Of a stretch of 64,000 nucleotides of DNA, positions 28,664 through 38,544 are shown piece after piece. The notes under the pieces were generated by a model that was not told the origin of the DNA, searched no databases, and saw only the letters and a program-made list of their open reading frames with translations. The stretch is taken from the NCBI GenBank assembly GCA_965237675.1, contig OZ250150.1, positions 2,624,001 through 2,688,000 of the forward strand. Reading direction: 5' to 3'. Origin of the DNA: Candidatus Latescibacterota bacterium (GTDB taxonomy: Bacteria > Latescibacterota > UBA2968 > GCA-2709665). Both the position numbers and the translations under genes were made by a program. The stretch's first letter is position 1, and each line of letters begins with the position of its first letter.

Positions 28664-30088
28664 GTGACGCATATCCCGATTTTGCGGGCGGGAAGGCCCT
28701 ATACGAGCCTGGACGTCCAGGAAGTTCCGCACGTCCGGACCGGAGAACCGATGGTCCGGGTGAGCCAGGCGAACCCGGGGCTGATCGCGAGGGATCTCAA
28801 CGCCGCGCCGGCGAACAGACGTGCCCTGGAAGCGTTGAGCGTTTCCGATCTGGTAACCGTCACCCGGAGGGCTGCCCGGTTTTTCTCGGATGCGGTTCTT
28901 CCGCTGGATAACGAACCGCAATCGCCTGAGGACTATGTCCGCCAGGTCTCGGGTACAACGGGGATTCCCGAAGCGCTTTGCCGGGCGAACATGGGAAAAA
29001 TCCGCTTGGTTTGCAGCCAGATCGAAGAGGTGCTCGGCGGGCTGACGCGTGACCTGGATTTGTCGGTTCTGGATGGGGGGTGGAACCCTGAAAGCGTTCG
29101 GCCATTGAGCTATCTGTGTCAGACTGATGCGCTGGGCGCGGTGTTGCCAAGCAATTCCCCCGGGGTGCATTCGCTCTGGATTCCGGCGATTTCACTGAAG
29201 GTGCCCCTGGTGTTGAAGCCCGGACGGGAGGACCCCTGGACGCCGTTTCGTATTGCACAGGCGTTTATTGCCGCAGGATGCCCGGTCGAAGCGTTCGGCC
29301 TGTATCCGACCCGGCATGCCGGCGCCAACGAAGTCCTTCTGCGGTGCGGGCGCTCGCTGTTGTTTGGCGGAGGCGCCACGGTGGCGCCGTGGCGCTACGA
29401 TCCACGGGTTTCGATTCACGGCCCCGGCCGGAGCAAGGTGATTCTTGGTGAAGACCTGGTCGACCGCTGGGAAGATTATCTGGATGTGATCCTGGTTTCG
29501 ATAACTGCAAACGGCGGGCGATCGTGCATCAATGCTTCGGGCGTTTGGACGCCCGCACACGGACGGGAGATTGCCGACGCGCTCGCGTGCCGGCTCGCGG
29601 AGATCGTCGCGCGGCCGCTGGACGATCCCGACGCGCAACTTGCCGCGTTTGCCAATCCCGCGTCGGCGGTTCAGGTTTCGAACACGATTGACGCCCACCT
29701 GGGAACCGGCGGCGCGACGGACCTGACGGCGGTCTTGCGCCGGAACCGGCTCGATGAGATAGACGGTCTCACGTTTTTGAATCCCACGCTGGTGTGGTGT
29801 GAGTCTCCCGAACACCCGCTGGCGAATACGGAGTTCCTGTTCCCTTACGCGGGCGTGGTCGAAGTGCCGCAGTCGGAGGTGCACAACCGGATCGGGCCCA
29901 GCCTGGTGGTGACCGCGTTGACGGAAGATGAAGCCTTGATCAGTCAGTTGCTGAGTTCACCTTCCGTGGAAAGACTGAACCTCGGGCCGATTCCCACGAA
30001 CCGGATTTCCTGGGACCAGCCTCACGAAGGCAATTTGTTCGAACATCTCTACCGGCAGCGGGCCTTTCAGTTCGCCCGGGGAGCGTAG
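28664..30088 (+). CDS. ALDH-fold protein (EhpG/LuxC-like acyl reductase)
   Basis: LPSNSPGVH, LVLKPG, HGPGRSK, catalytic Cys in NGGRSCINASG, EFLFP, PHEGNL; GTG start after GGAGG. Confidence 0.75.
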   Translation: MTHIPILRAGRPYTSLDVQEVPHVRTGEPMVRVSQANPGLIARDLNAAPANRRALEALSVSDLVTVTRRAARFFSDAVLPLDNEPQSPEDYVRQVSGTTGIPEALCRANMGKIRLVCSQIEEVLGGLTRDLDLSVLDGGWNPESVRPLSYLCQTDALGAVLPSNSPGVHSLWIPAISLKVPLVLKPGREDPWTPFRIAQAFIAAGCPVEAFGLYPTRHAGANEVLLRCGRSLLFGGGATVAPWRYDPRVSIHGPGRSKVILGEDLVDRWEDYLDVILVSITANGGRSCINASGVWTPAHGREIADALACRLAEIVARPLDDPDAQLAAFANPASAVQVSNTIDAHLGTGGATDLTAVLRRNRLDEIDGLTFLNPTLVWCESPEHPLANTEFLFPYAGVVEVPQSEVHNRIGPSLVVTALTEDEALISQLLSSPSVERLNLGPIPTNRISWDQPHEGNLFEHLYRQRAFQFARGA

Positions 30089-30098
30089 AATCATTCGG

Positions 30099-31214
30099 AT
30101 GGAACCCTTCGACCTTCATCCTGCGCCGCGAGTGATATTCGGGGAAGGCGCACTGGCGCAACTCGGGGATCTGGTGGATGGCCTGGGTGGAAGGCGGATT
30201 CTGCTCGTTACCGATCCCGGAATTGTCAACGCGGGCATCGCGGACAGGGCGTTGGCGTTGCTGCGGTGCTCCGCCCGCGACGTCTTCCTTTTCGACGGCG
30301 CGGGTGAGAACCCCACGACGGCCCACGTCGACGCGGGGGTGGAGGTTGCCACGGCGCATGGCGGCATCGGTCTCATTGTGGGCCTGGGGGGCGGCAGCGC
30401 GATGGATTGCGCCAAGGGGATCAATTTCGTTCTGACAAACGGCGGGCGGATCGAAGACTACCGGGGAATGGGCAGGGCGGAGCGCCCGATGCTGCCGTCG
30501 ATCGGCGTCCCCACAACCGCGGGAACCGGGAGCGAGGCACAGTCCTACGCGTTGATCGCCAGGTCAGATACCCACGAGAAGATGGCCTGCGGAGACCTCA
30601 AGGCGCGGTTTCGCGGCGTCATTCTGGATCCTGCGCTCACGTCGAGCGTTCCAATACATGTGGCTGCCGCTTCGGGTATCGATGCCATTGCGCATGCGGT
30701 GGAGAGCTACGTGTGTACCCGGCGCAACGCGGTGTCGCGCATGTACGCGCGGGAGGCGTGGCGGTTGCTCGCGACGGGATTCGAAGGGGCGTTGGAGCCG
30801 CCGGCAGGCCCCCACGCCAGGGCCGCAATGCTTTTAGGCGCGCATTTCGCAGGGGCCGCTATCGAGAATGCCATGCTGGGCGCCGCCCACGCGTGCGCCA
30901 ATCCGCTGACGGCTCGGTACGGCATCACGCACGGCGTCGCGGTGGGCACGATACTTCCGTCGGTGATCCTGTTCAACGGGGAAACGGATGGGGCGCTTTA
31001 CGAGGGATTGGGGTTGACGGCCGGGGCGCTCGCCGAGCAGATCGTCCGATTCAGACACACGGCGAATCTGCCCGGACGCCTGTGTGAACTTGGGGTTGGC
31101 CGGGATCGGCTGCCGGAGCTGGCGGCGGAGGCGGCAAACCAGTGGACGGGGACGTTCAATCCGCGGCCGGTCCGCGAAGCCGAATATCTGGCGTTATATG
31201 AAGAGGCGTATTGA
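30099..31214 (+). CDS. Iron-containing alcohol dehydrogenase
   Basis: GGGSAMDCAK, PTTAGTGSE, DAIAHAVE, AH...THG metal ligands. Confidence 0.92.
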   Translation: MEPFDLHPAPRVIFGEGALAQLGDLVDGLGGRRILLVTDPGIVNAGIADRALALLRCSARDVFLFDGAGENPTTAHVDAGVEVATAHGGIGLIVGLGGGSAMDCAKGINFVLTNGGRIEDYRGMGRAERPMLPSIGVPTTAGTGSEAQSYALIARSDTHEKMACGDLKARFRGVILDPALTSSVPIHVAAASGIDAIAHAVESYVCTRRNAVSRMYAREAWRLLATGFEGALEPPAGPHARAAMLLGAHFAGAAIENAMLGAAHACANPLTARYGITHGVAVGTILPSVILFNGETDGALYEGLGLTAGALAEQIVRFRHTANLPGRLCELGVGRDRLPELAAEAANQWTGTFNPRPVREAEYLALYEEAY

Positions 31215-32355
31215 GTTTCGGTTCAAGCGACAAGCGAGGAACATTGAGAACGTATTTCTTTTCTTCTGCTTGTTGCACGTAGCGGTTCCCGTCGGCGTTG
31301 CCGGCGAGGCGTCCTGGCCGCAGTTTCGCGGCGATGCGCAATCCACCGGGCTTGCTCGGGGAGCGCTGCCGGGTGAACCGGTGGTGGTGTGGACTGCGCG
31401 GGTGGCAACGGGGATCGAGTCCACGGCGGCGATCTGGCACGGTACGGTCTATGTGGGCGGGCTGGACGGCAAGCTCTATGCATTTGATCTGGACCGTGGC
31501 GGATTGAAGTGGACGTATACGGCCCGGGGAGAAGTCAAGTCGTCACCGATGGTTGCAGACGGCGCCGTTTTTTTTGGTGATGGCGGCGGCGGGTTCCACG
31601 CCGTGGAGGCCGGAACGGGGAGAGGGATCTGGACGTTCCAGACCGGGGGGGAGATCATTTCTTCGGCCGCGGGGGATGGGGCCCGGGTGTTGTTCGGATC
31701 TTACGACGAGTTTCTCTACTGCCTCGCAACGAAGGACGGTTCGTTATTGTGGAAATTGGAGACGGGCGGTTACGTCCACGGAACGCCGGCCCTCGTGGGC
31801 GGACGGGCGGTTGTCGCGGGGTGCGACGGCCTGATGCGGGTGGTGAACGTGGCCGATGGGGTTGAAGCCTCAAACGTGGTCGTGTACGACTACGTCGCGT
31901 CGAGCGTCGCGGTGCACAACGGACGCGCCTACCTGGGTAATTTCGGAAACCAGGTCCTGGGTGTGGATCTGTCGGCGGCGAAGGTCGTGTGGCGGTACGA
32001 GCATCCCAGCCGCAAGCATCCTTACTACGCCTCAGCAGCGGTGACCGCCAAGCACGTTATCGTGGCCGGGCGGGACAAAATGGTGCGTGCACTGAATCCG
32101 GACACGGGCGCGTTGCTGTGGATACGCTCGTTCCGTTCTCGCATCGATTCCTCCCCGGTGGTCGCGGGCAATCGTGTTTTTGTGGGGACAACAGGGGGAC
32201 GGGTTCTGGCGTTGGATTTAAATACGGGCGAAAAGGAGTGGGAATTCGTAACCGGCTCGGAAATTCTGGCCTCGCCCAGCGTGGCCGGCGGCAGACTCGT
32301 GATAGGTACGACCGACGGGACCCTTTATTGCTTTGGGAGTGAAACGAAAAAATGA
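31198..32355 (+). CDS. Secreted PQQ-like (BamB-type) beta-propeller protein 1
   Basis: Hydrophobic signal, WPQFRGD, repeated SSP...G.LYA.D..G...W blades; start uncertain. Confidence 0.82.
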   Translation: MKRRIEFRFKRQARNIENVFLFFCLLHVAVPVGVAGEASWPQFRGDAQSTGLARGALPGEPVVVWTARVATGIESTAAIWHGTVYVGGLDGKLYAFDLDRGGLKWTYTARGEVKSSPMVADGAVFFGDGGGGFHAVEAGTGRGIWTFQTGGEIISSAAGDGARVLFGSYDEFLYCLATKDGSLLWKLETGGYVHGTPALVGGRAVVAGCDGLMRVVNVADGVEASNVVVYDYVASSVAVHNGRAYLGNFGNQVLGVDLSAAKVVWRYEHPSRKHPYYASAAVTAKHVIVAGRDKMVRALNPDTGALLWIRSFRSRIDSSPVVAGNRVFVGTTGGRVLALDLNTGEKEWEFVTGSEILASPSVAGGRLVIGTTDGTLYCFGSETKK

Positions 32356-33698
32356 CCACACAAGTTCACGTTCCGGAACCTGCAACCTCCAGGAAAGACT
32401 GGAAGGAAACACAGGTCGGCAGTGTGTTCGTTTCCAACTATCCGCCCTATTCATTCTGGCAGGATGAGCACAACTCAAAGGTTGTGGATATGTTGGACAC
32501 GGCGGATCCGTCGGCAAGTCGGGTGCCGCTTGGTCTGTACCTGCATATCCCATTCTGCAGGAAGCGGTGCAAGTTCTGCTATTTCCGGGTGTACACGGAT
32601 CGCAACAGTTCGGAGATCCAGGTCTATCTGGACGCGTTGGCCAGAGAGGTGGAATATTACGCCGGCCTGCCCAGAATTGCCGGACGCAGCCTGCAATTCG
32701 TCTATTTTGGAGGAGGGACGCCGTCTTATATCAGTGTAAAACACCTGGTGGCGCTGGTGGATCGGTTGAAAGGTGTCATGACCTGGGACGGCGCCGAAGA
32801 GGTGGCGTTCGAGTGCGAGCCGGGTACACTCTCCAGGCCCAAGGTGGAGGCCATTCGCGAGATCGGCGTGACGCGATTGAGCCTGGGATTGGAGAACTTG
32901 AATGACGGGATTCTGAGAGAGAACGGCCGCGCGCACGTCGGCAAAGAGATTTACGAGGCCATGGGTTGGGTGAAGTCACAGGAATTCGCGCAGGTGAACG
33001 TGGACCTGATTTCGGGGATGGTGGGTGAGACGTGGAAGACATGGAAGGAGACGGTGCAGGGCACGATTGACCTGGACCCGGACAGCGTCACCATCTATCA
33101 GATGGAACTTCCGTTCAATACCACGTATTCCAGGTCGATCCTGGATGGGAGTAGACTGAGCGTGGCCGATTGGGAGACGAAGCGGGCGTGGCATGCCCAT
33201 GCGATTGACGCGTTCGAGGCCGCGGGCTATGAGATCTCAAGCGCGTATACGCTCGTAAAGAAGGGGCGATTGAAACGTTTCGTCTATCGAGACGCGCTCT
33301 GGCGCAGCGCGGACCTGATCGGCGCGGGAGTCGCGTCGTTTTCACACGTGGGCGGGATACACTTTCAGAATTACACGCAGTGGGACCCCTATGTCGAGGC
33401 CTGCCGGCAGGAGCGGTTGCCGCTGAACAGATCCTTTGTTCCGACCGACGAGGAGCGACTGGTTCGGGAGATGATCCTGCAACTCAAGCTCGGAAGGATT
33501 CAGACCGGCTATTTCAAGGATAAATTCGGCGTGAATATCCTGGAACGGTTCAGCGAGGCCTACCGGAGGCTGAAGGATTTCGGAATGTTGGATTTCGATG
33601 CGCGGGAGGTGAGGTTGAGTCCCGAAGGGTTGTTACGGGTCGACCAGTTGCTACCGGAGTTTTATCACGAGGTCTACAGGGATTCAAGGTACACCTGA
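32352..33698 (+). CDS. HemN-like radical SAM enzyme
   Basis: LYLHIPFCRKRCKFCYF (CxxxCxxC), YFGGGTPS, ECEPG, RLSLG, NVDLISG. Confidence 0.88.
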   Translation: MTTQVHVPEPATSRKDWKETQVGSVFVSNYPPYSFWQDEHNSKVVDMLDTADPSASRVPLGLYLHIPFCRKRCKFCYFRVYTDRNSSEIQVYLDALAREVEYYAGLPRIAGRSLQFVYFGGGTPSYISVKHLVALVDRLKGVMTWDGAEEVAFECEPGTLSRPKVEAIREIGVTRLSLGLENLNDGILRENGRAHVGKEIYEAMGWVKSQEFAQVNVDLISGMVGETWKTWKETVQGTIDLDPDSVTIYQMELPFNTTYSRSILDGSRLSVADWETKRAWHAHAIDAFEAAGYEISSAYTLVKKGRLKRFVYRDALWRSADLIGAGVASFSHVGGIHFQNYTQWDPYVEACRQERLPLNRSFVPTDEERLVREMILQLKLGRIQTGYFKDKFGVNILERFSEAYRRLKDFGMLDFDAREVRLSPEGLLRVDQLLPEFYHEVYRDSRYT

Positions 33699-33723
33699 AC
33701 CCGGCCTATGTGATCCGTAGCGT

Positions 33724-33830
33724 GCCTGGGCACTGAACCCGGACCCTGAGCCGGTCCCCGAGCCGGCGCCCTGAGCCTGTCGAAGGGTAGCGAAACGCGG
33801 GCGTTTCGACAAGCTCAACCCGGGCAACGC
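33724..33830 (+). repeat. REP-like cluster (CCTGAGCCTGTCGAAGGG ... TTCGACAAGCTCA)
   Basis: Tandem ccctgagccgg-like units, then an inverted pair; same family at 57998 and 58930-59102. Confidence 0.75.
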
Positions 33831-33892
33831 ACGCAACGAACGCCAATCGCGTCGCTGGTGGGTCCATTCAGGTCCGAAAGGGCGAACGCAAG

Positions 33893-35110
33893 ATGCATGT
33901 AATGTCGGCATTACTTACCGCCTTATTGTTACTTGACGTACAATCCGTTCGTGCGGATTGGCCGCAGTGGTTGGGGCCGGATCGGACCGGCGTTTCTCAG
34001 GAAACCGGATTTCTGAAGATCTGGCCGAAGGGCGGTCCGGGCGTTGTATGGAAGAAGAACCTTGGCGAGGGGTTTTCGGGGATTTCGGTGGCGAATGGCC
34101 GGGTGTTCACCATGTTTGCCGCGGGGGACGATGAGTATGTCGTCTGTCTGGACGAGGAATCGGGCGCTGAAATATGGCGGGTCAGGACCGGGGGGAACTT
34201 CAAGGAGTGGCAGGGGGGCAACGGACCGCGTTCACAGCCGACGGTAGATGGAGAACGGGTCTATGTCCTTGGCGCGGAGGGCTGGTTGTACGCGTTGAAC
34301 GTTGAAAACGGCAAAAGGATCTGGGCGCTGGATCTGGTCGACGGCCTGGGCGGCAAGTTCCCACGGTTCGGATTTTCAACGTCGCCGCTGGTGGAAGGCG
34401 ACCTGTTGTTCCTGGAGGCGAGCACATCGCCGGGCACATTTCTGGCGTTGTACAAAGACAGCGGTAAACTCAAATGGGCGTCTCAAAGCGACGTGGCGTC
34501 TTATTCGTCGCCCGTTACGCTGGATCTTGCGGGCGTGCGTCAGGTGGTCTATTTTTCGGGTGAAGCCGTGGTCGGGCTTTCACCCGCGGACGGCACCCTC
34601 TATTGGCGGTTCCCCTGGAGAACCTCGTACGACCTGAATATCGCCACACCCATTCTTGTGCCTCCGGATCAGATCTTTATCTCGTCGGGCTATGATCATG
34701 GCGCAGCTTTACTTCGGGTTGAGGCAGGGAGCGACGGGATAGCGGCCACCAGAGTCTGGGAGAACCGGCGGATGAAGAATCATTTCGGCACGTCCGTGTT
34801 GATCGGGGACTATATATATGGATTCGACAATGCCATCCTGAAATGTATCGAAGCCCGGACCGGAAAAGAGCAATGGAAGCATCGTGGGTACGGCAAGGGG
34901 TCGTTAATCTCTGCGGACGGGCATCTCATCATTTTGAGCGACAACGGCAGGCTTGCCCTGGCGTTGGGTTCTCCTGAAGGATTTCAGGAGAAGGCCGGCG
35001 TGCAGGTGCTTACCGGCCGAAGCTGGACGGGGCCAACCCTGGCCAATGGCCGTGTGTTCGTGCGGGATATGCGAAAAATCGTCTGCCTGGATCTCAGGTC
35101 GGGCGAATAG
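33893..35110 (+). CDS. Secreted PQQ-like beta-propeller protein 2
   Basis: Signal peptide ending VRA, DWPQWLGPDRTG, GPRSQP, SYSSP, NIATP, WTGPTLANG. Confidence 0.85.
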   Translation: MHVMSALLTALLLLDVQSVRADWPQWLGPDRTGVSQETGFLKIWPKGGPGVVWKKNLGEGFSGISVANGRVFTMFAAGDDEYVVCLDEESGAEIWRVRTGGNFKEWQGGNGPRSQPTVDGERVYVLGAEGWLYALNVENGKRIWALDLVDGLGGKFPRFGFSTSPLVEGDLLFLEASTSPGTFLALYKDSGKLKWASQSDVASYSSPVTLDLAGVRQVVYFSGEAVVGLSPADGTLYWRFPWRTSYDLNIATPILVPPDQIFISSGYDHGAALLRVEAGSDGIAATRVWENRRMKNHFGTSVLIGDYIYGFDNAILKCIEARTGKEQWKHRGYGKGSLISADGHLIILSDNGRLALALGSPEGFQEKAGVQVLTGRSWTGPTLANGRVFVRDMRKIVCLDLRSGE

Positions 35111-35118
35111 ATCGTGCT

Positions 35119-37251
35119 ATGGAGAATAAATACATGGTGTATTTACGCCGGATAGGTTTGATTTCTGCGATAACTCTGGGTATCCTTGGAGGCAGCGCAT
35201 ATTCCGCGGACCAGGAGCACGAAACGGATCCCGGCGAGGAACTGCCGGTGTACGCCGGTGAAGACATCGTGGTCACCGAGAGTAAGGAAAAGGTTGCCAC
35301 GATCAGTTCCGTAGCAAGCAAGGTACCGGTCCCTCTGAGCGAGACACCCGCCAGCGTCAGCGTGGTCAATCGCGGATTGTTCGATCATCAGAGCGGCGTT
35401 GTTCTCGGCGACGCGCTTCGAAACGTGAGCGGTGTAAACGTCCAGACCGTCTTCGGCGTGACAGATTTTTTCGTCATTCGCGGATTCGATTCGTTGTCCA
35501 GCGGGCTCGTGTTGACGGACGGGGCTTCCGAGCCGGAGGCTTCATTCTACAATCTCTACAATCTGGAGAGGGTGGAAGTGCTGAAAGGACCCGGAGCGTT
35601 TCTCTACGGCGGCAATCCACTCTCCGGATCGGTCAATCTGAGCCGCAAGCAGCCCATCTTCAAGAGCATGCTCGGGGTGACGGGCGCTTTTGGGCCGTTT
35701 CGGGATTTCCGAGGTAGCGTAGACGCGGGTTGGGCGGATGCCGCTCGGGGCGTGGCCCTGCGCTTCAACGGGCTCAGGCAGGTTTCGGACAACTACCGGG
35801 ATGACAAGAACAGCGGCATCTGGGCAATGAATCCGGCGGTAACCTGGCGAAACGAGAGGACAACGGCAACGGCGAATTTGGAATACGTGACCAGCGAATA
35901 CAAATCGGATTCGGGGTTGCCGGTGGTGGGAGATCAATTGGCAGGCGTGCCCCGCACGCGTTCCTACCAGTCTCCATTCGACGTATCCGATCAGGAGATT
36001 GTCCGTGTGAGGGTGGACTTGCGGTCCCGGTTGTCGCCGCGTGTGACGCTGCGGAACAAACTGTATTACACGGATTTTTCCTGGGTCTCCAACGGCACGC
36101 TGTTTAACGGTGCATATCCGAACGCGGGCGGGGGTCTTGACCTGATCCGGACACTCCTGCTGCTCGACGACCGGCAGAAGGTGCTGGGCAATCAGCTGGA
36201 GTTCGTGTTTTCCTTTTCCGCGGGACGGACGAGGCATACGCTGCTGGCGGGTCTGGAACTGATGCAATGGAAGGACAGGTTTACGCTCGACGTGGCGGTC
36301 CTGCCGAATATAGACCTGTATGAACCGGTTGAAACGGCGACGCTGCCATTTTTTGTCGTGCCGGGCCAGTCACGCGGGGCGGACGCCACAAGCGGCGTCG
36401 TTGCGCCCTATGTGGTTGATCGGATCGTGTTTTCGGATTTCTTCCAGGCATTCTTGGGCGGTCGCTTCGATCGGATCACGTACGAAGATCCTGTAACCGC
36501 GACGGCCAGAGAATATCACGAGTGGAGTCCGATGGCGGGCGTCGTATTGTCGCCCGAGGACGACCTGTCCTTCTATGCCAGCGCGGGCCGGGCTTTCGCG
36601 CCGCCGTCCAGCCTGGTGGCGGGTCCGAGGGACGTCGAAGCCAGCACGCAATTCGAGTTGGGCGCCAAACGATATCTTGTCGACAAAACGTTTCATGCGA
36701 CTGTTGCGTTCTTCGATCTTCGGAAGTACGGTATCGGAATACCCGATGCGACAGGCGTGACAAAACAGGACGGCGACCAGCGGTCCCGGGGGATGGAACT
36801 GGAACTGATGGCCCGTCCCGTGGGGTCATGCCACGTGTTCCTGTCATACGCGTTTTCAGAAGCCGAACTGACGCGGTTCACGGAGATGGTACCGGTGCCC
36901 ACGGCCACCGGAGTGACGTTCCGGCACGTGGACCGATCCGGCAACAGGCCGGCCTTCTCGCCGCGTCATATCCTGAATCTTTGGACCGCATTGTCATCCG
37001 CCAATGGGCTCGAGCTCGGGATGGGCGCCCGGTACGTGGCAAGCCAGTTCATCGCCGAGGACAACCAGTACGAAATTCGCGGAGTAATGACCCTTGACGC
37101 CTCGATATCGTACACGTACAAGCAGGCGACCATCCGGCTCAATGCCAGGAACCTGACCGGTCGCAAATATGAAACACGCGGTTTTGGCGCCATGTCGGTG
37201 ATTCCGGCGCAGCCTTTCGGGTTACACAGCGCCTTCCGGGTCGAGCTATGA
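35119..37251 (+). CDS. TonB-dependent outer membrane receptor (siderophore-receptor type)
   Basis: Signal peptide, DIVVT TonB box, ETPASVSVV, IRGF, LERVEVLKGPGAFLYG, RSRGMELE, NLTGRKY. Confidence 0.9.
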   Translation: MENKYMVYLRRIGLISAITLGILGGSAYSADQEHETDPGEELPVYAGEDIVVTESKEKVATISSVASKVPVPLSETPASVSVVNRGLFDHQSGVVLGDALRNVSGVNVQTVFGVTDFFVIRGFDSLSSGLVLTDGASEPEASFYNLYNLERVEVLKGPGAFLYGGNPLSGSVNLSRKQPIFKSMLGVTGAFGPFRDFRGSVDAGWADAARGVALRFNGLRQVSDNYRDDKNSGIWAMNPAVTWRNERTTATANLEYVTSEYKSDSGLPVVGDQLAGVPRTRSYQSPFDVSDQEIVRVRVDLRSRLSPRVTLRNKLYYTDFSWVSNGTLFNGAYPNAGGGLDLIRTLLLLDDRQKVLGNQLEFVFSFSAGRTRHTLLAGLELMQWKDRFTLDVAVLPNIDLYEPVETATLPFFVVPGQSRGADATSGVVAPYVVDRIVFSDFFQAFLGGRFDRITYEDPVTATAREYHEWSPMAGVVLSPEDDLSFYASAGRAFAPPSSLVAGPRDVEASTQFELGAKRYLVDKTFHATVAFFDLRKYGIGIPDATGVTKQDGDQRSRGMELELMARPVGSCHVFLSYAFSEAELTRFTEMVPVPTATGVTFRHVDRSGNRPAFSPRHILNLWTALSSANGLELGMGARYVASQFIAEDNQYEIRGVMTLDASISYTYKQATIRLNARNLTGRKYETRGFGAMSVIPAQPFGLHSAFRVEL

Positions 37252-38525
37252 GTTCGGTTAACCCGGAGCCGGACCGGTGCGGACTGGTTGCGTCTCAGTT
37301 GGGTCGCCTGCGCGAAGTGCTTGTCCCTGTCATAACGGACAACGCCTTTTATAGAGAAAAGCTGGCCGGCGCCGGACTTTCGGGGCCGGGGGATGTTCAG
37401 TCGCTTGAGGATTATCGCCGTCTGCCCTTTACGACCAAGGAGGAACTGTCGGCCGACCAGGACGCAACGCCTCCGTACGGGACAAATCTGACGTTTCCCC
37501 TGGCGAATTACATCCGTGTACATCAAACGTCGGGCACCACGGGCAACCCCCTGCGCTGGCTGGACACCGCGGAAAGCTGGGAATGGTTTTCCGGCTGCTG
37601 GCGGCAGGTGTATCGCGGGGCCGCGGTGACGCCCGCCGATCGCCTGTTCTTCGCATTTTCCTTCGGGCCGTTTATCGGGTTCTGGACGGCCCATGAGGGC
37701 GCGCGGCAGATCGGCGCGATGGCCATTACGGGCGGTTCGATGTCCTCCATCCAACGGCTTCAGGCCATCAACGAACACCGGGCGACGGTTCTGATCTGTA
37801 CGCCGACGTACGCGCTGCATCTGGCTGAGGTGGCGGAGGCCGAGGGGATCGATATAGCCAAATCAAGCATTCGGACCACGATTCATGCGGGTGAACCGGG
37901 CGCCGGTTTGCCGTCCACGAGATGGCGTATCGAGGAAGCATGGGGGGCCAGGTGCTACGACCACGCCGGCGCGACCGAGGTCGGGGCATGGGGGTTCGAA
38001 TGCCGTGCGCGAAACGGCATGCATGTAAACGAAACGGAGTTTATCTGCGAAATCATTGATCCAGATACGGGCGGGCACGCTGAAGAGGGAGAACTGGTCC
38101 TGACGAACCTGGGGCGGCTGGGAATGCCGGTGATCCGTTATCGCACGGGCGACCGGGTGAAGCGGTCCCAGGGGGCATGCCCGTGTGAGTCCGCGTTTCT
38201 CCGCCTGGAGGGCGGTGTGATCGGGCGCATCGACGGCGCCATGATCATTCGCGGCGTCATTGTATATCCCAGTTCTATCGAGAACGTGGTTCGTGCTTTC
38301 CCGGAAGTGACCGAGTTCGCCGTCGACGTTCATCGGCGCCGTTCGCTGGACGAAATGGAAATTCGGTTGGAGATACGAGAAGAAACGCCGCATTCCATTG
38401 TCGATGAGGTGGCGAAGGAACTGAGGAGGGCTCTGGGAATTCGCGCCCGGGTCCGGTCCGTGAACAGGAACGCATTGCCCCGGTTCGAATTGAAAGCGAA
38501 CCGGTTCACGGACCATCGAGATTGA
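37248..38525 (+). CDS. Phenylacetate-CoA ligase family (PaaK-like) aryl-CoA ligase
   Basis: LPFTTKEEL, HQTSGTTGNP, TPTYAL, AGEPG, GATE, IRYRTGD, GRID, IRGVIVYPS. Confidence 0.88.
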   Translation: MSSVNPEPDRCGLVASQLGRLREVLVPVITDNAFYREKLAGAGLSGPGDVQSLEDYRRLPFTTKEELSADQDATPPYGTNLTFPLANYIRVHQTSGTTGNPLRWLDTAESWEWFSGCWRQVYRGAAVTPADRLFFAFSFGPFIGFWTAHEGARQIGAMAITGGSMSSIQRLQAINEHRATVLICTPTYALHLAEVAEAEGIDIAKSSIRTTIHAGEPGAGLPSTRWRIEEAWGARCYDHAGATEVGAWGFECRARNGMHVNETEFICEIIDPDTGGHAEEGELVLTNLGRLGMPVIRYRTGDRVKRSQGACPCESAFLRLEGGVIGRIDGAMIIRGVIVYPSSIENVVRAFPEVTEFAVDVHRRRSLDEMEIRLEIREETPHSIVDEVAKELRRALGIRARVRSVNRNALPRFELKANRFTDHRD

Positions 38526-38544
38526 GTTCACGCGGGAAGCGGAA

